A DNA stretch of 47,825 nt. Origin: an uncultured Halobacteriales archaeon. Its GTDB lineage: Archaea > Halobacteriota > Halobacteria > Halobacteriales > Haloarculaceae. The notes under the pieces were generated by a model, which was given only the letters and a program-made list of their open reading frames with translations, made no database searches and was not told the origin of the DNA. The stretch is from the NCBI GenBank assembly GCA_964581735.1, contig CAZOQK010000001.1, positions 1 through 47,825 of the forward strand, given 5' to 3'. Shown piece by piece: positions 19,866 to 29,501 of this stretch. The first letter of the stretch is position 1; every line of letters begins with the position of its first letter. Both the position numbers and the translations under genes were made by a program.

Positions 19866-21122
19866 GTGACGATGAAAGACACAGGTGAAGCTACAGACAA
19901 GGCTGTGCAGACCGCTAGTTCACGTCGGAAGTTCATTGCTACTGCCGGGGCCGCCGGTGCGCTCGCACTGGCTGGCTGCGGTGGCGGTGGATCGACGGGC
20001 GGTACTGACACGGTGACAGTCGCGAGCCTGAACCCGATGAGTGGGGCATACAGTTCGCTGGGTCCGAGCCAGCGGGCGGGTGCAGAACTCGCACGCGACC
20101 AGATCAACGACAACGACGATTACGACTTTGAGTTCGAACTCGTAACGGGTGATACACAGACCGAGGCGGGGGCAGCACAGGACGAAGCACAGCGCATCGT
20201 CCAGCAGGAACGCGCGGAGTACGTGGTCGGCGCAATCTCCAGTTCCGTTGCGCTCGGCCTCAACGAGTTCGCCGGCCAGACCGATTTCATTTATTTCTCC
20301 GGGGGGGCCGCGGTGCCGATTACCGGGTCCTCCTGTAACCAGTGGGTGTTCCGCTTCGAGAGCAACACCGCGATGATCGCCGAGGCGATTTCGGAGTACT
20401 CGGTGAACAACCTCGGGACGAACGTCTGGTTCCACATCGCGGACTACGCCTACGGTGACTCGGTCTACAACCGCGTCAAAGAACGGATGCAATCGGCAAG
20501 CGGTGACTTCACCGAGGCCGGCAAGTCCGAGTCAGAGCTTGGCTCGTCGAACTACGGCTCCTACATCAGCCAGATTAGCAACTCCGACGCCGACATCGTC
20601 ATCCTCGGGATGACCGGCGGCGACCTGGTGAGTTTCACAAACCAGGCCGCAAGCCAGGGGCTCACCGACGAGGTAGCCGTCGTCGGCCCGACCCAGACGT
20701 TCCGGAGCGTCCTCGCAGGAACCGGCGCCAACAGCCTCGGCACCTACGGCGGCGTCCGGTACCTGCCGAAACTCGAAACCGGCGACAATCAGCAGTTCGT
20801 CGAGGCCTACCGGAGCGCCAACGACGGCTCGCCGGGCAATTTCGCCCGCGTCGGCTACGATTCGTTCCGCCTCATTGCGAAGGCGATGAACGAGGCCGGA
20901 AGCACGGATGTCGACGATGTCCGCGATACGCTAGAGGGAGGGTCCTACACCACCGTCCTTGGCGACATCACGCTCCGCGAGGACGATCATCAGGCGACCA
21001 ACCCGACCTGGATGGGCCAGGTGGTGGAAGGCGACGGCGACACTCCGAACGTGGAACTCATAAACGAAGTCGCCGGCGGGGACAACCTCCCGTCCGCCAG
21101 TGAACTCGGCTGTAACCTATAA
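19866..21122 (+). CDS. Liv/HAAT-type ABC substrate-binding lipoprotein (Tat)
   Basis: SRRKFI twin-arginine motif, lipobox LAGC, GAISSSV, DYAYG. Confidence 0.9.
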   Translation: MTMKDTGEATDKAVQTASSRRKFIATAGAAGALALAGCGGGGSTGGTDTVTVASLNPMSGAYSSLGPSQRAGAELARDQINDNDDYDFEFELVTGDTQTEAGAAQDEAQRIVQQERAEYVVGAISSSVALGLNEFAGQTDFIYFSGGAAVPITGSSCNQWVFRFESNTAMIAEAISEYSVNNLGTNVWFHIADYAYGDSVYNRVKERMQSASGDFTEAGKSESELGSSNYGSYISQISNSDADIVILGMTGGDLVSFTNQAASQGLTDEVAVVGPTQTFRSVLAGTGANSLGTYGGVRYLPKLETGDNQQFVEAYRSANDGSPGNFARVGYDSFRLIAKAMNEAGSTDVDDVRDTLEGGSYTTVLGDITLREDDHQATNPTWMGQVVEGDGDTPNVELINEVAGGDNLPSASELGCNL

Positions 21123-21127
21123 GTCCA

Positions 21128-23158
21128 ATGGTAGTTGTTGATTTCATCGAACAACTGATCAACGGCCTCACCCTGGGGATGGTCTATGTCCTCCTCGCCG
21201 CCGGACTCTCGGTTATCTTCGGCGTGATGGACGTGATCAACTTCTCACACGGGGAGCTGTTCGCGCTCGGTGCGTACTTCGCGCTGAGTATCATCGCCCC
21301 CCTGGGCCCCAGCCTCGGCTTTTGGGCCGCTCTGCTGGCTGCGCCGATTATCGTGGGCCTCATCGGCGCAGCCATCGAGCGGACGACCATCCGGCCCCTC
21401 TACGGCCGCAACCCGCTCTATCACATCCTGTTGACGTTCGGGCTGGTCCTCATCATCAACGACGTCATCAAACTGGTCTGGGGGACCCAACAGCAGCAAC
21501 TGGTCGTCCCCGACTACCTGACCCAGTCGGTGAGCATCTTCTCCATCCAGCTGTCGCTGTACAACTACTTCATTATCGGCTTTGCGGCGTTGCTCGCCGC
21601 GGGGACCTGGCTCCTGCTGAACCGTACGAAGTACGGCATGATAATCCGGGCCGGGTCACAGGACCGCGAGATGGTCCGCAACGTCGGCATCGATATCGAC
21701 CGCTACTACACGCTGGTCTTTGGCTTCGGCGCCGCGCTGGCGGCCGTTGCCGGCATCGTACTCGGCGGCTACCAGAGCGTCTCGACCGGGATGGGCAACA
21801 GCGTCATTATCCCGGCGTTCGTCGTCGTGGTCTTGGGCGGGCTCGGAAGTTTCCGCGGAGCGGTCTTTGGTGGCCTGCTCGTCGGCGTCGTCCAGACGTT
21901 GATGCGGGTCTACAATGGGACGACGCTGTTCGACCTCGGCGGGTTCGCGCTCACGATTCCGAACCTGCAGGGGATGACGGTGTTCCTGCTGATGATCGGT
22001 GTTCTGCTCGTGAAGCCCCAGGGGCTGTTCGGAACGCGGGGTGACGAGTCCGAAGGCGGGGACGAAGAGATACTCGTCGGCTCCAGCGGGAGCCTGTTAG
22101 ACGACCGGACCAAGAGAATCGTTGGCATCCTCGCGGTCGTCGGGCTGGTGCTGGCTCCGTTCCTCGTGTTGTTCACCGGCAACCGCTACTACGTGTTCCT
22201 GTTCAACACGATGCTCATCTGGGCCATCTTCGCACTGAGCCTGGATGTCGTGATGGGGTATGCCGGGTTGGTCCCGCTGGGGCACACCATGTTTTATGGC
22301 GTTGGTGCCTATACGTCCGCACTCGTGATGTTGCACTACACCACGTCGTTTTTTGCCGCGGTCGGCGCGGCGATTCTCATCTGTGCGGCCATCGCGTGGA
22401 TCGTCGGGAGCCTCTCGATTCGGGTTTCGGGCGTCTACTTCGCGATGATTACGCTTGCGTTCGCGGAGCTGTTCTACAGCGCCGTCTTCAATTTCGACTT
22501 CACGGGCGGCAGTGACGGCCTGCTGGGCTTCGAACCGACGATGGGCATGTTCGGCCTCGGCGTCCCACTCTCGGACATCGAGTTCCTGTTCCTGGGCTAC
22601 GAGCTTGAACAGCAGTTCGTGTTCTACTACGTCGGCCTGACGCTCGCGTTGCTCTCGTTCCTGTTCGCCAGGCGGGTAATGAACGCCCCCTTCGGAAGCG
22701 TGCTTCAGTCGATTCGTGAGAGCGAGGAACGCGCCGAGTTCATCGGTTACAACACGACGAAGTACAAGCGCCGTGCGTTCGTCATCAGCGGCGGGCTGGC
22801 TGGCCTCGCAGGCGGTTTGCTCGCTGCGAGCCCAACGACGTTCATCATCTCACCCGACCAGACACTTAATTGGATTCACTCCGGCGAGGTCATCGTTATC
22901 GCACTCTTGGGCGGGATGGGGACGCTCTTCGGCCCAATGATCGGTGCCGTTGCCTTCCTCGGTGCCGAGGAGATACTGTCGGGGTACACCGAACAGTGGC
23001 GGATGATAATCGGTGCCATCTTCGTGCTGTTCGTGATATTCGTGCCGCGGGGCCTCGTGTCGGTTCCGTCGCTGGTCGCCCAGCGGTTCGACCGGTTCGG
23101 CGAAGGCGGCGAACCCGGTATCGGTATCGAGGAATCGGAGGTGAAGTCGGATGACTGA
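21128..23158 (+). CDS. Fused LivH-LivM ABC permease
   Basis: N-half GLSVIFGVMDVINFSHGE (LivH-like); C-half GYAGLVPLGH, GVYFAMITLAF (LivM-like). Confidence 0.9.
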   Translation: MVVVDFIEQLINGLTLGMVYVLLAAGLSVIFGVMDVINFSHGELFALGAYFALSIIAPLGPSLGFWAALLAAPIIVGLIGAAIERTTIRPLYGRNPLYHILLTFGLVLIINDVIKLVWGTQQQQLVVPDYLTQSVSIFSIQLSLYNYFIIGFAALLAAGTWLLLNRTKYGMIIRAGSQDREMVRNVGIDIDRYYTLVFGFGAALAAVAGIVLGGYQSVSTGMGNSVIIPAFVVVVLGGLGSFRGAVFGGLLVGVVQTLMRVYNGTTLFDLGGFALTIPNLQGMTVFLLMIGVLLVKPQGLFGTRGDESEGGDEEILVGSSGSLLDDRTKRIVGILAVVGLVLAPFLVLFTGNRYYVFLFNTMLIWAIFALSLDVVMGYAGLVPLGHTMFYGVGAYTSALVMLHYTTSFFAAVGAAILICAAIAWIVGSLSIRVSGVYFAMITLAFAELFYSAVFNFDFTGGSDGLLGFEPTMGMFGLGVPLSDIEFLFLGYELEQQFVFYYVGLTLALLSFLFARRVMNAPFGSVLQSIRESEERAEFIGYNTTKYKRRAFVISGGLAGLAGGLLAASPTTFIISPDQTLNWIHSGEVIVIALLGGMGTLFGPMIGAVAFLGAEEILSGYTEQWRMIIGAIFVLFVIFVPRGLVSVPSLVAQRFDRFGEGGEPGIGIEESEVKSDD

Positions 23159-23915
23159 GACTGTCCTCGAAACCGACGGGCTGACCAAACGCTTCGGCGA
23201 ACTCACCGCCGTCGACGATGTCTCACTGACCGTCGAAAACGGTGAGTTCCGAAGCGTCATCGGCCCCAACGGTGCCGGCAAGACGACGACGTTCAACCTC
23301 ATCACCGGCGCGCTCCGGCCCAGTGAGGGGACGGTGACGTTCAAAAGTGAGGACATCACCAACATGTCCCCACACCACCGCGTTCGGCGCGGTCTCGGCC
23401 GGTCGTTCCAGATTACGAACGTCTTCGGCGGGCTCACGGTCCGCGAGAACGTTCGCATCGCGGCCCAGTCGGTCCACGACGACGATATCGACCCCGCGTC
23501 GGCGATGTTCCGTGACAAGAACAGTTTCGACGAGATTACCGACCAGACGATGGAGGTACTGGGCCAGATCGGCCTCCGCGAGCGGGCCGAGGAGAAAGCA
23601 GAGACGCTTGCCTACGGTGACCAGCGCCGCCTCGAAATCGGCCTCGTGCTCGCGACCGATCCCGACCTGGTCATGCTCGATGAACCGACCGCGGGGATGA
23701 GCAGCGAGGAGACCGAGGCGACGATGAGCCTCATCGGAGATGTCCTCGCCGACCAGTCGTTGATGCTCATCGAACACGACATCGACCTGGTGATGCGTGT
23801 CTCGGACCGCATCACGGTGTTGACCCGCGGGAAAGAACTCGCGAGTGGCTCACCCGACGAGATCGCGACCAACGAGGATGTCAGGGACGCGTATCTCGGA
23901 GGGACCAAAGAATGA
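23151..23915 (+). CDS. livG: Liv-type ABC ATPase
   Basis: GPNGAGKTT, LAYGDQRRLEI, LDEPTAG, IEHD. Confidence 0.9.
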   Translation: MTETVLETDGLTKRFGELTAVDDVSLTVENGEFRSVIGPNGAGKTTTFNLITGALRPSEGTVTFKSEDITNMSPHHRVRRGLGRSFQITNVFGGLTVRENVRIAAQSVHDDDIDPASAMFRDKNSFDEITDQTMEVLGQIGLRERAEEKAETLAYGDQRRLEIGLVLATDPDLVMLDEPTAGMSSEETEATMSLIGDVLADQSLMLIEHDIDLVMRVSDRITVLTRGKELASGSPDEIATNEDVRDAYLGGTKE

Positions 23916-24634
23916 CCGACACGCTCCTCTCACTCGAGAAGCTCCGTGCCGGCTACGGCCTGACCGAAGTGCTTCAGGGCGTGACACTGGATGTCGAGCG
24001 TGGCGGCGTCGTCTCGCTCGTCGGCCGGAACGGCGTCGGCAAGACCACCACGCTGCGCTCGATTGTCGGCAACATCTCCCCGACGGGCGGCTCCGTCCGC
24101 TTCGACGGCGAGGATGTCACCTCGACGAACACCGAGGACACCATCCGCAAAGGAATCGCGTTCGTGCCGGAGGAACGCCGGATATTCCCGGAACTGACGG
24201 TGCGAGAGAACATCGAGATGGGCCGCATCGGCGTCGATTCGAGCGGAGGGCCGTCTGTCGACGACATTCTCGATATGTTCGAGAACCTCGAAGAGCGCGA
24301 AAACAGCCCCGGCTCGGTCCTTTCGGGCGGTGAACAGCAGATGCTCGCTATCGGGCGAGCCCTGACCGCCGACCCGGAGCTGTTGTTGCTTGATGAACCG
24401 ACAGAGGGACTCGCCCCATACGTCGTCCGGCAAATCGAGGATATTATCGAGGACCTCCACGAGCAGGGAATCACCATTCTCGTCGTCGAGCAGAACATCC
24501 CTGTCGCGCTCGAAGTTTCCGACTACACCTACATTCTCGAAAAGGGCAGAATCGTCCACGAGGGAACGGCCGAAGAAGTCGGCAACGACCAGGACGTGCT
24601 TGACGAACACCTTGGCGTCGGCCTCACGGAATAA
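23912..24634 (+). CDS. livF: Liv-type ABC ATPase
   Basis: GRNGVGKTT, VPEERRIF, LSGGEQQMLAIGRAL, VEQN; ATGA overlap with livG. Confidence 0.9.
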   Translation: MTDTLLSLEKLRAGYGLTEVLQGVTLDVERGGVVSLVGRNGVGKTTTLRSIVGNISPTGGSVRFDGEDVTSTNTEDTIRKGIAFVPEERRIFPELTVRENIEMGRIGVDSSGGPSVDDILDMFENLEERENSPGSVLSGGEQQMLAIGRALTADPELLLLDEPTEGLAPYVVRQIEDIIEDLHEQGITILVVEQNIPVALEVSDYTYILEKGRIVHEGTAEEVGNDQDVLDEHLGVGLTE

Positions 24635-24747
24635 CACACAGAGCTTTTGAACTTTCGACGCTGGGTCGTGGTCCGACGGCCTACTATCCGGTCGGTGGAT
24701 GCTGTGGTAACGATACATATTTCACCCTCGTTGCTGAAATACGTAGT

Positions 24748-25149
24748 ATGAAGGACGTGCTACTGGGTGTCGACCAGAGCGTCGCCAGGGCAGTCGAACA
24801 GACCGAAACGGTTCTGGACCTCTTCGAGACCGACAACATCCACATCTACTTGCTGCACGACTTCGTCGACAATCCCGAAGGGGCCTCAGTCGTCCAGGTC
24901 CGCTCGGTCAACCGGGCGAAGGAACTGTTCGAAGATGCGGGCGTCCCAGTGGACCTTCGTGAGGGCAGCGGCAACCCCGCCGAATCCATTATCCAGCATG
25001 CGGAGGAACTCGATGCCGACGCGATCTGTGTCGCGGGTCGCAAGCGCTCGCCGGCGGGCAAGATGCTGTTTGGCAGTGTCTCACAGTCCGTGATCCTCAA
25101 CACTGAACTTCCTGTCCTCACCTGCAGCGTGCCCCACGAATCGGAGTAA
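24748..25149 (+). CDS. Universal stress protein (UspA family)
   Basis: VLLGVD and GRKRSPAGKMLFGSVSQSVI. Confidence 0.9.
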   Translation: MKDVLLGVDQSVARAVEQTETVLDLFETDNIHIYLLHDFVDNPEGASVVQVRSVNRAKELFEDAGVPVDLREGSGNPAESIIQHAEELDADAICVAGRKRSPAGKMLFGSVSQSVILNTELPVLTCSVPHESE

Positions 25150-25278
25150 GCTCCGCCTCCGGGCCAAGTTGTCCGCTCTGAGAGAACGCCCGTGCAGTAA
25201 TACTTTCTCGCTTTGAGCCGATAGAGACGGCGCTGATGACCGTATTATCGGCTCTGGAATCGTTCGAATGACTCGAAC

Positions 25279-26028
25279 CTATTGGTAGGATAGATTCACC
25301 CGGAGTTCGCCAGTGATTCCCCGGACAAGGTCGGCGTAATCGGTCTCGATGCGGTCGTCCAGCCGGTCGACGGGTCCCGAGATGCTGATAGCGCCGTAGA
25401 CGTTCCCCGAGTTGTCGGTAAGCGGTGCACCGACCCCCGTGACCCCCTTTAGGAAGTACTCTGCGCCGTAAGCGACCCCCCGCTCCCGAATCTTCGACAG
25501 CTCCGTCTTCAGATCCGACCGTGTTCGGCCGTCGGCCAGTGGGAAACTGTATCCGTCGAGGATCGTTTTGAGGCGGTCCTCCGGGAGGACGGAGAGAATC
25601 GCCATCCCGCCGGCCAGTTCGTAGAGTTCCGTCTGCTGGCCGATTCTGGAGTTTGTCCGGATAGCGCGATTGCCCAGTGACTTCGCGAGGAACACCGCCT
25701 GGCCGTTTTCCTCAACGACCCACCACGCCTTCTCGTTGCTCTCCTCCGCGATTTCGTCGAGTTTCGGGACTACCTCGTCGTACATCGCCTGCGTTTCACG
25801 GACTTCCATCCCGATGTCCAGAAACTGGAGACTGAGCCGGTAGCGTTTGTCGTCGCTTTGCACCACGTAACCCCGGTCCTTGAGAGTCGACAGATGAGCG
25901 TGGACAGTGCTTTTTGGCATCTCCACCTCCGTCGCGAGGTCGGTAACACTCGTCGTTGTCTGCCGCTTGAGCGCCTCGACGATGTCCAACATCCGCTCGT
26001 CCGACCCGATTGTGCCGTCTGTTGGCAT
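25279..26028 (-). CDS. IclR family transcriptional regulator
   Basis: HTH MPKSTVHAHLSTL; C-terminal GVGAPL...GAISISGP effector domain. Confidence 0.93.
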   Translation of the reverse strand: MPTDGTIGSDERMLDIVEALKRQTTTSVTDLATEVEMPKSTVHAHLSTLKDRGYVVQSDDKRYRLSLQFLDIGMEVRETQAMYDEVVPKLDEIAEESNEKAWWVVEENGQAVFLAKSLGNRAIRTNSRIGQQTELYELAGGMAILSVLPEDRLKTILDGYSFPLADGRTRSDLKTELSKIRERGVAYGAEYFLKGVTGVGAPLTDNSGNVYGAISISGPVDRLDDRIETDYADLVRGITGELRVNLSYQ

Positions 26029-26060
26029 ACTCTGTGCTTGGGACGAACTCGTATAAATTT

Positions 26061-26077
26061 GTTCACTCTAACTGAAC
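26061..26077. promoter_or_regulatory. Candidate IclR operator 1, beside the iclR TATA box
   Basis: GTTCACT-CTA-ACTGAAC, next to minus-strand TTTATA at 26052-26057. Confidence 0.6.
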
Positions 26078-26374
26078 GACTACTGAACCTTGGGTAGAGC
26101 AGCTCGCGGCCCTGAATTTTGTATTACGTATTTGGACTGCCGTATGGGTCGGCCACGTGACCACGGGATATTCCATGATTTTCCAAGTTGCTCCCGGATG
26201 CAGTCGGTCTTGAACCCGTCATATTCCCCAATATCCTATTTACTCGAACGGTATTCTCGACTGCTTCATCGTAGGCGATTACGCCCATGATAGCCAGTAC
26301 CAGAGAGCCGCCCGACCGCTACCGTGAATTCGGGCTGAGTTGAGTCCGTATCAATTAAGATTGCGTCGGTGTTT

Positions 26375-26391
26375 GTTCACTTTGAGTGAAC
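26375..26391. promoter_or_regulatory. Candidate IclR operator 2
   Basis: Perfect palindrome GTTCACT-TTG-AGTGAAC; like copy 1, preceded by TTT. Confidence 0.6.
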
Positions 26392-26879
26392 GGACTCGTC
26401 GCACCCCTGGCGGCACTAGACGACCGCTTCAATTACACGGATACAGCCGTAATGGAACGGCGCTGGAATCGTGTAGGTGTAAGCAAACAACAATAGTTTT
26501 TCGTAAGTTCTGACTACTCTTTTCGTCACAGTATCTTGGACGCTGTGCAGGCGCACTCCCGGAAGAGTAACCGTGTATTACGTTGTTTCTGTGTAGCAGA
26601 ATCAAGTCGGAATGGCAGATACCACAGGTCGATGTGTTGGGTCGCATTTTATCTCAGGTATTCTATAACACTACGGGAGGGGGTGGTTTCTGCCTTTGTC
26701 ACACCCCTGCAGTTCCGTACGGCCTACTCGGTTCAACCCCTGTGCGGACTCGCCGGTATGATGATTCCGAGTGGATACGTGTGGGTTCGGGATATGTCGG
26801 TGAGTAGTCTTAAACCCCGGATATAGGCGGGCGAATCGTCATCAGCGAAGCACCCCTCTACTAGTATAGGTTACGCGCA

Positions 26880-27488
26880 ATGAGTACGAGTTCGGACGGC
26901 GGGGCTGGCGGCTCCGCACTGGCCTGGGACCACAGAAACTGCACTGGGATGGCGGAGTGCCCGCCACGGTGTCCTCGGTTCGCCGACAAGGAGGGGACAC
27001 CGTTGTTCATTACGCCGGGTGCAGACAGCACCTTCGAGGCACTCGTCCAGTTCTACGACGAGTACCCGTCGCGGTACCGCTCGATGTCGCTTCCACCGTT
27101 GACCCGTCCACAGGTCGAACGCTGGGTCGGCAAGCTCACCGAACAGGGCCAGAACCTCATGGCCTTTCACGACGACCGTCTGGTGGGTCACGTCGCGTAC
27201 CTCACGACGGGCGAGTCCGCCCCCGAACTCATCGTCTTCATCGATGGGGCGTATCAAAACCGCGGGCTCGGCACCGAACTCTGTCGACAAGCGATGGCCC
27301 ACGCAGCGGCCGACGGTCACTCGGCGCTTAGACTCCACGTCGACGCCGAGAACGAACGCGCCCTCGCGGTCTACGAGAGCCTCGGGTTCGAAACTGTCGA
27401 CAGGACCGGAGACCGCATCGAGATGCGCGTTGCGCTGAACGAGGACCTGGTGAGAGCAGTCCAGGCACCGCCGGCAGAGCGGTTATAA
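26880..27488 (+). CDS. GNAT family N-acetyltransferase
   Basis: YQNRGLGTEL acetyl-CoA motif and NERALAVYESLGF. Confidence 0.9.
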   Translation: MSTSSDGGAGGSALAWDHRNCTGMAECPPRCPRFADKEGTPLFITPGADSTFEALVQFYDEYPSRYRSMSLPPLTRPQVERWVGKLTEQGQNLMAFHDDRLVGHVAYLTTGESAPELIVFIDGAYQNRGLGTELCRQAMAHAAADGHSALRLHVDAENERALAVYESLGFETVDRTGDRIEMRVALNEDLVRAVQAPPAERL

Positions 27489-27503
27489 GCGCTGTTTGCG
27501 GGG

Positions 27504-29453
27504 TCAAATCTCTTCGAGTCGGGCGTACTCGTCGTCGAGTGCTGTGGCGTCCTCCGGTAGGAGTGCCACTATGAGATACTCTGCGTACTCCTGGATGTAC
27601 TCGACGAGGGTTGCGATTCGCTCGGAGTCGATCGCCTCTAAGGAGTCAAGCAACATGAACGGCACCTCCTCGTAGACTTTGTGGGCGAGATAGCCTGCAA
27701 GCGCGAACACGAGCCCGGTCACCTCGCGTTCACTCTCGCTCAGATGCTCGAAGGCATCCTCGTACGTTACACCCTCCTCCGTTGAGCGAACAACGTGCAA
27801 CTGGAACTCCGTGGTCTCGACTTTCCGACGCCCCTGCTGTGCTTTGGTCTCGCGGCGCTCGACCCAGATGCGGTCGAGGTTGTCGTAGCTCAGTAGCTCA
27901 AGCACGGTGTCCATGTGGTCGTTGAACGCCTCGATTGCCTCCCGCTCGACGCGCTCGATTCGTGTCCGGAGGTCCTGGAGCTGGGCCGTGATATCCTCGC
28001 GGCGGTCCTGGAGCGTCCCGACTTCCTGTTCTTTGGATTCGATTTCCTTGATTTCCTCCGTGACGGTCTCACGCTCGCTTTCGAGACGGTCGATGTCGAG
28101 TTCGAGTTCGTTGACCGCACGATGTGCCTCGAGGACTTCCGAGCGGTCCTGTGCTTCCAAGTCCTCAATCTCAGCCTTCATCCGGTCGATTTCTCCTTCC
28201 AGCTCTGCCTTTTCGGTTTCGAGATCCTCGATTTTACCGTCCCGTTGCTCGATTTCGGACCTGACATCCGCGAGACGACGTTTTATATCCTCACGATCCC
28301 GTTCCGTCGATTCGATTTCCGACTTCTCCGCTTTCAGGTCGGAGAGTTCCTCCTCGATATCTGTCTGTTCGGCGTACTTCGACTGGCGCAAATCCCGCAA
28401 CCGCTCGAGTGTTCCCTCTATTTTTTCGACATCGACATCCGTGCCACAGGTCCAGCAGACGACCCGGTCGGCGTCATCGAGAAGCTGGTCGGTGACGGTG
28501 TCGTGGTCCCCATCACCCCGGAGCGTGGCCGCGATGTCCGTGTTCGCTCCCTCGAGCATCTCTTCGTTGAACTGGATGACGCTCTGGAGTTTATTCAGTT
28601 CGCTCTCCAGTCGCCGCTTGTTCTCCCGTAATCGGCTGATCTCCGACTCGATCTGGTCGACATCGCCAGTCTCTATATTCATCAGGTCATCATACTTGGA
28701 CTCGAGTCGTGCGCGCTCGTCTTCGAGCGATTCCAGGCTCTCCCGCTCACTGTCCAAGCGGAACTCGGTCGTATCGAGCGCCGAGCGTTTCTGCTGGAGG
28801 GTCTGCATCTTCTCGTCTAACCTGGACTGTTCGGATCGTGCCTCTTCAGCGTCTGCGGATAGGTCTGCCAGTTCCTCCTGCTTGGCTTCGAGCTGTGCCT
28901 GTTTGTCTTTGAGTTGCTCTGTCAGACTGGTCCGTCGCCGTTCGAGTTCCGGCAGTTTCTCCTGTAGCTGTTTCCGGTCCTCGATTCGGTCGTCGATATC
29001 ATCGCGTTCGGACCTCAACTGCCGTATCTCAGCCTTGATGGCGTCCGCGTCGACGGGCCTCATGATGAGCTCCCGCAAATCCTGTCCGAGTGCGACCGTC
29101 CGGCGGGCCTCATTCGACTCCAGCAGAAAGGCAAAGAGATCTCCGGGTTCGGAATCATCGAGATATGGGTCACCACCGAACCTGATCGTGTCACTTTGCC
29201 GTTCGAGAGTGCGAGTGTACGTCTCATCTCCAATCTCGAGTGACACCGACCCACTGTCTGTATCACCCTTGAGGGAAACGCGGGTGCTTCCCAAGCCGGC
29301 CATGACGGCCTGCAGGAGAGATGTCCTGTTCGTTGCATTCCGACCAGCAAGTACTGTGATGCCGGGTGAGAATGTGACCTCGGTGTGTTCGATACCGCCG
29401 ATGTTCTCGGCCTGGAGAGTGACTCCAGTCACCGACGCTTGCTGGGAGTCCAT
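27504..29453 (-). CDS. Archaea-specific SMC-related protein (Sph family)
   Basis: NIGGI, variant Walker A GRNATNRTS, long coiled coil with central CWTC, LSESE signature, LLDSLEAID Walker B. Confidence 0.9.
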   Translation of the reverse strand: MDSQQASVTGVTLQAENIGGIEHTEVTFSPGITVLAGRNATNRTSLLQAVMAGLGSTRVSLKGDTDSGSVSLEIGDETYTRTLERQSDTIRFGGDPYLDDSEPGDLFAFLLESNEARRTVALGQDLRELIMRPVDADAIKAEIRQLRSERDDIDDRIEDRKQLQEKLPELERRRTSLTEQLKDKQAQLEAKQEELADLSADAEEARSEQSRLDEKMQTLQQKRSALDTTEFRLDSERESLESLEDERARLESKYDDLMNIETGDVDQIESEISRLRENKRRLESELNKLQSVIQFNEEMLEGANTDIAATLRGDGDHDTVTDQLLDDADRVVCWTCGTDVDVEKIEGTLERLRDLRQSKYAEQTDIEEELSDLKAEKSEIESTERDREDIKRRLADVRSEIEQRDGKIEDLETEKAELEGEIDRMKAEIEDLEAQDRSEVLEAHRAVNELELDIDRLESERETVTEEIKEIESKEQEVGTLQDRREDITAQLQDLRTRIERVEREAIEAFNDHMDTVLELLSYDNLDRIWVERRETKAQQGRRKVETTEFQLHVVRSTEEGVTYEDAFEHLSESEREVTGLVFALAGYLAHKVYEEVPFMLLDSLEAIDSERIATLVEYIQEYAEYLIVALLPEDATALDDEYARLEEI

Positions 29454-29501
29454 AAAAACTGTTTCACTGCTCGTGTGTATAAAACCTCCTTTTTGAAACA
29501 G

